A stretch of 34,043 nt of DNA from an uncultured virus (IMG/VR IMGVR_UViG_3300021387_000016) (taxonomy: Duplodnaviria; Heunggongvirae; Uroviricota; Caudoviricetes), in IMG/VR virus record IMGVR_UViG_3300021387_000016. One strand, 5' to 3'. Position numbers and translations under genes: made by a program. Positions 28,308 through 34,043 of the stretch are shown piece by piece (position 1 is the stretch's first letter; every line of letters starts with the position of its first letter). The notes below the pieces were generated by a model. It saw only the letters and a list, made by a program, of their open reading frames with translations, was not told where the DNA came from and searched no databases.

Positions 28308-28778
28308 ATGAGTCTTGAGTGGATACAACCTAAAACTGATTGGAGTGCACAATATGATGATGCAGGGTTGTTTATAGGAGATTTCTTTAACGTAACGGAC
28401 TATAACCGTATAAAGAATAATCTCTTATATTTAAGAGAATTATCAACGCAGCTTGTCTCTGGTGTGCCAAGAATTACAGTAGGAGAGGATAAACATCTGC
28501 CAGACAATGATAACCCTGATTTTGATAATGACAATTTTTTTGCTGATGAAATCAATCTCATAGAAGATGCACTAGAAATAATAGACGATGCAATAGGGTG
28601 GGTTGATTTTGGTGAAAAACAGACCTTTTACGAGAATGGCAGGTTTATAGATGCTAATGAGTTAAATCGTATAGAACGAGCGGAATTAAGACTTTATAAC
28701 TTGCTAGAAAATTCTATAAATGGCAAACACAGATTAGCATTCAGACTTGGAACTAGTGAACGTGATATAAGGGTCTGA
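28308..28778 (+). CDS. Minor tail/baseplate protein
   Basis: W..PKTDW...FNVTDYNRIKNNL...ELNRIE motif; SD AGGAG. Confidence 0.6.
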   Translation: MSLEWIQPKTDWSAQYDDAGLFIGDFFNVTDYNRIKNNLLYLRELSTQLVSGVPRITVGEDKHLPDNDNPDFDNDNFFADEINLIEDALEIIDDAIGWVDFGEKQTFYENGRFIDANELNRIERAELRLYNLLENSINGKHRLAFRLGTSERDIRV

Positions 28779-28792
28779 GAAAGGGGATAGAT

Positions 28793-29044
28793 ATGTCAGC
28801 ATTAAGAACAAATTATCAAGATGATGTATTTGAAGGAAACAGAAAATACACAGAGGTAAATAACCTGGATGGTTCTAAGTCATTTGTGGACGTTACTCAG
28901 TATCTGCAAAGGGGTGATACCTACGGAGCTGCGGAGATCAATGCTCAGAATGATGCTATTAATAAGAAGGGTGTAGTAGTATCAGACGTAGACATTGACG
29001 TTCAGGATAGACTCGTTGGTAATTTATATTTTTTCTATAGTTAA
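28793..29044 (+). CDS. Minor tail protein
   Basis: LRTNYQDDV...RKY...N.DGS.SFVDVT.Y.Q.GD.YGAAEINAQN motif. Confidence 0.55.
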   Translation: MSALRTNYQDDVFEGNRKYTEVNNLDGSKSFVDVTQYLQRGDTYGAAEINAQNDAINKKGVVVSDVDIDVQDRLVGNLYFFYS

Positions 29045-29097
29045 TTAGCATCTCATTTGAGGTGCTTTTTTTATGCAAAAAGAAAGGAGCTAAGAAA

Positions 29098-29424
29098 ATG
29101 GCAAAATATCTTGTTTTTAAGAATGGTGCGACAGAAGAGTTTACAGATGAATCCACCATTACAAATCTTTTCTGCGTTGTTGATGATTACGCTGACATTG
29201 ATGCAATGCAGGCTAACTTCACTACAGAGAATATGGTAGGGGCAACATTTGATGGAGAACCTATCGAGAACATTGTTCCTGTTACCACAGTAGCAACAAA
29301 CACATATGGTAACGAAAATGCAATCGTGGTTAACTTCCAAAACCGTTACAAGACAGCTGTTGAGATTTTACAGGAGCAGATGATCGAGGTTCAGGAAGCA
29401 CTTGTAGAACTGTCTGAAGGCTAA
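29098..29424 (+). CDS. XkdW-like tail fibre chaperone
   Basis: AAAGGAG SD; acidic; C-terminal QMIEVQEALVELSE; paired with a small downstream gene. Confidence 0.5.
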   Translation: MAKYLVFKNGATEEFTDESTITNLFCVVDDYADIDAMQANFTTENMVGATFDGEPIENIVPVTTVATNTYGNENAIVVNFQNRYKTAVEILQEQMIEVQEALVELSEG

Positions 29425-29439
29425 AGAAAGGAGATTGTT

Positions 29440-29604
29440 ATGGGAAAAGTAAACGCTAGACTTATTCATGATTACGTTGCATATGGTATTGATACTACTG
29501 TTCATTGCATCGCAGATGTCAAGGCTAAGTATAAGGATGCTACAAGAGCAGCTTATTTAGTTCTGTTTGGAACAGAAGCACCTGAGACCGATCCAAACGC
29601 ATAA
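29440..29604 (+). CDS. 54-aa XkdX/CD1375-like protein (not in ORF track)
   Basis: AAAGGAG SD; MGKVNARLIHDYVAYG...IADVKAKYKDATRAAY. Confidence 0.55.
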   Translation: MGKVNARLIHDYVAYGIDTTVHCIADVKAKYKDATRAAYLVLFGTEAPETDPNA

Positions 29605-29655
29605 GAGATCAAGGGGTGAATAACCCCTTTTTCTCTTTAATATGGGATTTTGCTT

Positions 29656-29904
29656 ATGAAAAGTGGAATAGAAAGATGCCAAGGGAAAAAGCCTAAAAAG
29701 GTTAAAAAGATAGATAAGATTGTTAAAGGAGTCTGCATCTATTGGATTAGCTTTGTTTGCGTGGCTTGGATTACATTCTGGGTTAAAGATTCTGTACCGG
29801 ATACACTTATCCAATTTGGACTTGGTGGTGGCGCAGTAGAACTTCTTATAACAGGAGCAATTGAGATTTTTAGAGATTTGCACTTGGGAAAGGATGAAAC
29901 ATGA
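29656..29904 (+). CDS. Holin-like 2-TM membrane protein
   Basis: Basic N-terminus, two TMs with VPDTLIQ linker; in the lysis cassette. Confidence 0.55.
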   Translation: MKSGIERCQGKKPKKVKKIDKIVKGVCIYWISFVCVAWITFWVKDSVPDTLIQFGLGGGAVELLITGAIEIFRDLHLGKDET

Positions 29905-30188
29905 CAATTCAGCTATTTTTATATCTATTTACTATTGGCTCTTTAGCTGCTTCTCTTTTGACAGAAACATTGAAAAAGGCATTTGTTAGTGTGTCGGCTA
30001 ACGTAATTGCACTCGTAAATGCGATTATAGTTGGTGTTTTAGGGACTGTTGCTGCATATATCCTTATGGGAATAGCATTCACAGCTCAGAATGTGATCTG
30101 TATAATTCTTATGACAGTTTGCATCTGGATTGGCTGTATGTGCGGCTATGATAAAGTGATGCAGACCATTTCTCAGATAAAGGGGTAA
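29901..30188 (+). CDS. Holin
   Basis: Three TMs, LLTETLKK and GYDKVMQTISQI motifs; immediately before the endolysin. Confidence 0.75.
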   Translation: MTIQLFLYLFTIGSLAASLLTETLKKAFVSVSANVIALVNAIIVGVLGTVAAYILMGIAFTAQNVICIILMTVCIWIGCMCGYDKVMQTISQIKG

Positions 30189-30192
30189 TAAA

Positions 30193-30936
30193 ATGGCAAA
30201 TGAAGCTACTATTAAAAACTTCATAGCAGAAATAGCACCATGCGCACAAAAAGCATATAAAGCTCTTGGTAAGGTTAAGCCTTCAGTATGTATTGGAATG
30301 GCTTGTGTGGAATCGGCCTATGGAACTTCTAAGATAATGCGACAACACCATGCATTTCTAGGTCATAAGGTTGGAAGTGGAAGAACCGCCCTTAAGTATT
30401 GGGATGGTTCTTTTTTTGTGGCTAAAACCAAGGAAGAGTACATAATTGGGCAACACACAGTCATCAAGGACGCTTTCAGGAGCTTCAAAAACACTGAGCA
30501 ATGTATCTTTAATTTCTACGAACTTCTTAATACAAGCTTGTATTCAAGAGTTAAGGCAGAATCCGATTACAAAACTCAGATGAAACAAATTAAGGCATGT
30601 GGCTACATGACAAGCAGTACTGAAGTATCCAGTGTCTTGAAGCTAATTGAGAAATACCAGCTATTCAAATATGACTCTGATGAGATCATTGATAAGCCGA
30701 ACCAGATCAAGATAAATCCATACAAGCGAACTAGCAACCTAATCAAACGTGGCATGAAGGGCGAGGATGTCTTTTGGCTACAGTGGGAATTAAATAGGCA
30801 TGGAGCAAGTCTTGTTACGGATGGGGATTTTGGCAAAAAAACTTTGACGGCTGTAATTTCTTTTCAGCAAAAACACTTTCCATTGAAAGTTGATGGCGTG
30901 GTAGGCCCAAAAACTATTGCTGAACTAGAGAAATAA
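30193..30936 (+). CDS. Endolysin (GH73 glucosaminidase-like + peptidoglycan-binding domain)
   Basis: PSV.I..A..ESAYGTS...T.EEY...FRSF...GYMT catalytic region; GEDV.WLQ..LN..G...DGDFG.KT..AV..FQ....LKVDGVVGPKT PG-binding domain. Confidence 0.88.
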   Translation: MANEATIKNFIAEIAPCAQKAYKALGKVKPSVCIGMACVESAYGTSKIMRQHHAFLGHKVGSGRTALKYWDGSFFVAKTKEEYIIGQHTVIKDAFRSFKNTEQCIFNFYELLNTSLYSRVKAESDYKTQMKQIKACGYMTSSTEVSSVLKLIEKYQLFKYDSDEIIDKPNQIKINPYKRTSNLIKRGMKGEDVFWLQWELNRHGASLVTDGDFGKKTLTAVISFQQKHFPLKVDGVVGPKTIAELEK

Positions 30937-30979
30937 TAAGCAAAGTGTAGTATACTATCCATGGGAAAAAATAAACACT

Positions 30980-31061
30980 TGGCAAGTCTAGGGTCGCTCC
31001 CGAAAGCATACCACGCTAGTATGTTGGCTTGCCACAACTATAGCGGCTATCAAAGCGAGGT
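30980..31061 (+). ncRNA. Structured leader/antisense-type RNA, copy 2
   Basis: Closing stem TGGCAAGTC/GGCTTGCCA; CTAGGG..CCCGAAAGCA core; loop CGCTA complementary to TAGCG (31041) and AGCG in AAAGCGAGGT RBS; TATACT at 30951. Confidence 0.6.
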
Positions 31062-31066
31062 AGAAT

Positions 31067-31327
31067 ATGAGTGATATGGAAAACGAGAAGATCAGTAACG
31101 AGACCGCGCATGAGATTATTGTTGCGGTTATGGAAAGACAGGTAAAGAGATTGTTTATTCTTTGCCTAGTAATTTTTGCAGCTTTAGTTATAAGCAACGC
31201 TGCATGGATTTACTATGAGAACAGTTTCCAAGATGTTGTAGTGACAGAGAACACTCAGGATGGTGAAGGAACTAATATCATGAGTGGTGGAGATGTAAAC
31301 TATGGCGCAGAGAAGCAAGACAATTAA
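31067..31327 (+). CDS. Single-TM membrane protein
   Basis: GAGGT SD; one TM (LFILCLVIFAALVISNAAWIYY) followed by an acidic tail. Confidence 0.65.
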   Translation: MSDMENEKISNETAHEIIVAVMERQVKRLFILCLVIFAALVISNAAWIYYENSFQDVVVTENTQDGEGTNIMSGGDVNYGAEKQDN

Positions 31328-31427
31328 AACAAGAGTAAAGAAAAATGGTCTTCAAAATTCCGCAGGATATAGGATTTGCAAAAACTGCGGTGGAGATGGT
31401 TTGGTAAGAAAAAGAAAGAAAAAGTGA
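31302..31427 (+). CDS. 41-aa basic peptide with CxxCxGxG (not in ORF track)
   Basis: GGAG SD; MAQRSKTIKTRVKKNGLQNSAGYRICKNCGGDGLVRKRKKK. Confidence 0.55.
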   Translation: MAQRSKTIKTRVKKNGLQNSAGYRICKNCGGDGLVRKRKKK

Positions 31428-31548
31428 TCTGACTTATTATTACATTTTGATGTATTGTAGCCAAGCTTAATCGTATTTTTAAACACAGAAAAGTATTTCT
31501 AGGCAAAATGAAGCCCTTGATGTTAATTCATCGGGGTTTTCTTGCTAG

Positions 31549-31662
31549 TTGACTAACCTTTATGATTGTTATATTATAAGGGTGCGGAAACGCAAACAAA
31601 AGTTATAAAGAGTTCTATGACAAAACGAAACCCCCGATGTAGGCGCATCGAGGGTTTCTTGC
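31549..31662 (+). ncRNA. Antitoxin RNA of a par/Fst-like type I TA, with promoter and terminator
   Basis: TTGACT-17-TATTAT (31549-31577); carries AAAAGTTATAAAGAGTTCTATGAC, repeated at 31764-31787 over the toxin start; terminator hairpin 31627-31659. Confidence 0.72.
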
Positions 31663-31697
31663 TGTTTGGAGTCAGCTACACTCAGGCTATGGCCGTG

Positions 31698-31784
31698 TTA
31701 ATCTTCTCTGTCTAGCCATTTGCAAATGTAGTAGGCTACTATACTTGCCATGACAGAGATTAAAAAAGTTATAAATAGCTCTAT
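31698..31784 (-). CDS. Fst/Ldr-family type I toxin (28 aa, apparent ATA start)
   Basis: AGAAAGGAGGTG SD; (M)ELFITFLISVMASIVAYYICKWLDRED with TM and C-terminal KWLD. Confidence 0.8.
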   Translation of the reverse strand: MELFITFLISVMASIVAYYICKWLDRED

Positions 31785-31859
31785 GACTACCTCACCTCCT
31801 TTCTACCGGAGGCACACGGCCCAAATAGCATAACACAAACAGAATAATAATAAAAGAAC

Positions 31860-31890
31860 AGGAAATCTCGAAACGAGGTTTCCTTTTTTA
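31860..31890 (+). terminator. Intrinsic terminator
   Basis: AGGAAATCTC-GAAAC-GAGGTTTCCT plus T-run. Confidence 0.6.
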
Positions 31891-31912
31891 TTGTCTGAAA
31901 GGAGAAAACACT

Positions 31913-32533
31913 ATGGCAACATATAATGGACATAATGAAGATTCAAGCGGAAATATCTTACTGAGTATCGGTAATGGCATGACTGCAACAGTAGAAACAG
32001 GAACAACAGCAAGCCAGGCATACACAAAAGGATCTTATCTGTTTTTTAATAACAGACTTTGTAAGGCTACTTCTGCAATTTCAAGAGGTGCTTCATTGGC
32101 CATAGGAACAAATCTTTCACAGACATCAATAGGTCAGGAAATAACAAGCCACCTTAGAGCGTCCAATGGAGATGAGTTTTATTTTGACTACAAAGATTCA
32201 AAGCCAGGCTACTATCCATCTGCATCTAAGGTAGCTTCACAATTCGTCCCATTTGGAGGAACATGGAGTGCCTTCAGCCCGGTAGGAAGAACAGCAACAG
32301 TGCTAGGAACAAACTTTACTGTTGGAAAGTATTATGTTTTTAGATTATTTGGCTCATATGTTTTTGATGGTACATTTGTAGGAGCTAATGTAATATCCTC
32401 ATCAGGCAACATAGGTTCTTTGGGCCAGGGATATACACGTTCATATATTCTTCAAGCAACATCTACTACAATAACGTCCTCTGTCAGTTTTAATAACAAT
32501 CCAGATGGCGCACTATCTCTAGGTACATTTTAG
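31913..32533 (+). CDS. Expressed fibre/adhesin gene of a putative shufflon (constant N ~115 aa + variable C ~90 aa)
   Basis: AAAGGAG SD; constant part ends FVPF-GGT at site ATTTGGAGGAAC (32251-32262); followed by start-less cassettes. Confidence 0.72.
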   Translation: MATYNGHNEDSSGNILLSIGNGMTATVETGTTASQAYTKGSYLFFNNRLCKATSAISRGASLAIGTNLSQTSIGQEITSHLRASNGDEFYFDYKDSKPGYYPSASKVASQFVPFGGTWSAFSPVGRTATVLGTNFTVGKYYVFRLFGSYVFDGTFVGANVISSSGNIGSLGQGYTRSYILQATSTTITSSVSFNNNPDGALSLGTF

Positions 32534-32850
32534 ACGAACAGCATCGACAGGATCTATTGCTGAAGTACCAACTTCAACAGCATATGTAGTTAATCTTGGG
32601 TATAAGCCTAAAGTAGTTTTGCTAAAAATATACTACAGTACCAATGTTGATTATATGTTGTTTACATACAATGAAACTTTTTTTACCTGGATATTTTTCA
32701 TACGTACAATATTATGCAGGGGGTTGGGGTGGCGGGGGTACTCCTCTAGGAACTTCCGCTATATGCATACTTGATATAACGTCAACAGGATTTACTATAA
32801 AGTCAGTATATGGTGGGATGTATGGGACATATATAGCTTACAAAGATTAA
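32528..32850 (+). pseudogene. Silent C-terminal cassette 1 (one extra T in T7 at 32678-32684)
   Basis: Starts at TTTTAGACGAAC; RTASTGSIAEVPTSTAYVVNLGYKPKVVLLK...YNET then, after removing one T, FLPGYFSYVQYY...ITSTGFTIK...YIAYKD*. Confidence 0.62.
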
Positions 32851-32898
32851 AGCAAATCGTAATTTTCAAAATGTCAAAAGTTCAACTTGATTTAAGTG

Positions 32899-33181
32899 TT
32901 ATATCCCTGTAGCATATACGGTTACTGGATAACTATAACTGGCAAGATTAATGGTTTCTCCGACATTATAATCTCGGTCTATGACTATTGAACCCGTAGC
33001 CTCAGCTGCTCGGATATGACAGCGAGCAATTGTTGTAACTTGTGTTTGAAAATAACTCAAGAAATTCCCTGATTGTCCACTCACTTTTACTGAATAAGAT
33101 GAACCATTAAAACTTATACCATACGCCCATATTGTTCCAGCATAACCACTTGCAGTTTCAAAAACAGTTGTTCGCTTGAAT
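32899..33181 (-). other. Silent C-terminal cassette 2
   Basis: Minus-strand site ATTCAAGCGAAC; open frame RTTVFETASGYAG...PVTVYATGI*; no SD or start. Confidence 0.68.
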
Positions 33182-33187
33182 AAGACA

Positions 33188-33485
33188 TTATTTGGATATA
33201 GTTAATGTAGCAATCAAACCATTGTAATATGTGATGTATTTATAATTCTGAATGTTGTTTGTTACATTGACAGATAGCTGTGTTAGTGTTTGGAAATCGT
33301 TTGTACCATACAATGCGTTTCTACCACTACTACCTGCCATGTTGAATGTTTTATATCCATCAACATTCCATAATATTGAATCATAATATGATGTCATTGT
33401 AATGCTAGTAGCATTGCCAACTACTGCAACATTATCTCCTTGGCGGAAGTAATCGCCTGGGTTTCCGAAGACAGTTCGTTGAAAT
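33188..33485 (-). other. Silent C-terminal cassette 3
   Basis: Minus-strand site ATTTCAACGAAC; open frame RTVFGNPGDYFRQ...ATLTISK*. Confidence 0.68.
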
Positions 33486-33493
33486 AATACCGA

Positions 33494-33839
33494 TTACCAC
33501 GATATAGTAACCGAATAAACAGGAGCTTGATAACCTACTGCACAATACCTTATATAATCGTAATTTAGATTGGTGAGTGTTCTGTTCCAACCACTACTCA
33601 AATCTGTTATGACTCCATCTTTAAATCCTTGCATACTTCCAGCTACCGCGTTGGCAATACTAAAAGTACTAGTAAAATTTTTCAGATCAGCTGTATAAAA
33701 CAGAAGAGAAAATGAACCATAGCTATCTGTTCCAGACACCGCAACTCCATTAGCAAACGATCCAATGGTATCTATAACAGATGGTTTCTCATATAAGTAT
33801 TGATTAGATTTCAGCAATGCCACGCCTGTTCCTTAAGAA
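33494..33839 (-). other. Silent C-terminal cassette 4
   Basis: Minus-strand site TTCTTAAGGAAC (in-frame TAA just before GGA ACA); GTGVALLKSNQYLYE...YSVTISW*. Confidence 0.65.
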
Positions 33840-33848
33840 CAACCGCTT

Positions 33849-34043
33849 TTAATCGTCTTGTTCTTGTAAACTACATGCTGTTGGATTCATATGTGAATAA
33901 GTAAGAGTAGATGCAGTTGCCAAGATAAGAACTGCGTTCTGTCTATACACTCCACCATCTGAAGTACCAATGCACTTAGCTAAAATAGTTGCACCACTTG
34001 AAATTGTAAACTCAATATATCCAGTGCTAGCCCATATCAAATA
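33849..34043 (-). other. Silent C-terminal cassette 5 (truncated by window edge)
   Basis: Open to the window end; GATILA...LILATASTLT resembles GANVIS...YILQATSTTIT of the expressed C-terminus. Confidence 0.55.

Noticed and set aside
700..30836. Many short antisense or alternate-frame ORFs inside structural genes
   Set aside because: Shadow ORFs of long + strand genes, without SD or recognisable motifs.
32860..32898. AAGTTGAAC on the minus strand as a further shufflon site
   Set aside because: Poor match to the WTTY-N4-GAAC pattern and no cassette-length ORF follows.
32899..33823. Minus-strand ORFs as independent genes at the ORF-track starts
   Set aside because: No SD at those starts, and the frames stay open upstream to the shared GAAC site.
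31913..34043. Diversity-generating retroelement as the explanation for variable tips
   Set aside because: No reverse transcriptase and no TR/VR pair differing at adenines; the cassettes are mutually dissimilar.
1..34043. CRISPR array, tRNA, integrase, or alternative genetic code
   Set aside because: No regularly spaced repeats, cloverleaf or recombinase seen; long genes are intact under the standard code.

Overview
This window is the late (structural and lysis) half of an AT-rich, SPP1/HK97-type siphophage or prophage, most likely of a Bacillota host (Clostridia/Lachnospiraceae-like; inferred from SD usage, the NLQFFA scaffold motif, an Fst-type toxin and a GH73-like lysin). Gene order on +: terminase large subunit, ArpU-like regulator, type I TA, portal, MuF-like minor head, a ~6 kb block of fibre/adhesin-like genes, scaffold, major capsid (+Ig), head-tail connectors, free-standing HNH nuclease, major tail protein split by an ORF-less group I intron, frameshifted tail chaperones, 1930-aa tape measure, Dit/Tal baseplate, tail fibre genes, holins, endolysin, Fst-type TA. 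It ends with a candidate shufflon: one expressed fibre-like gene (31913-32533) followed by at least five start-less alternative C-terminal cassettes in both orientations, linked by a degenerate in-frame xGA-AC site; no recombinase lies within the window. Other notable signals: five hairpins sharing a UGUYAMAG loop, two copies of a structured RNA whose loop can pair with the downstream RBS, a 17-bp direct-repeat-flanked 300-bp insertion, and a domain-sharing chain of fibre proteins. All family calls are from motif recognition by eye, not database searches.
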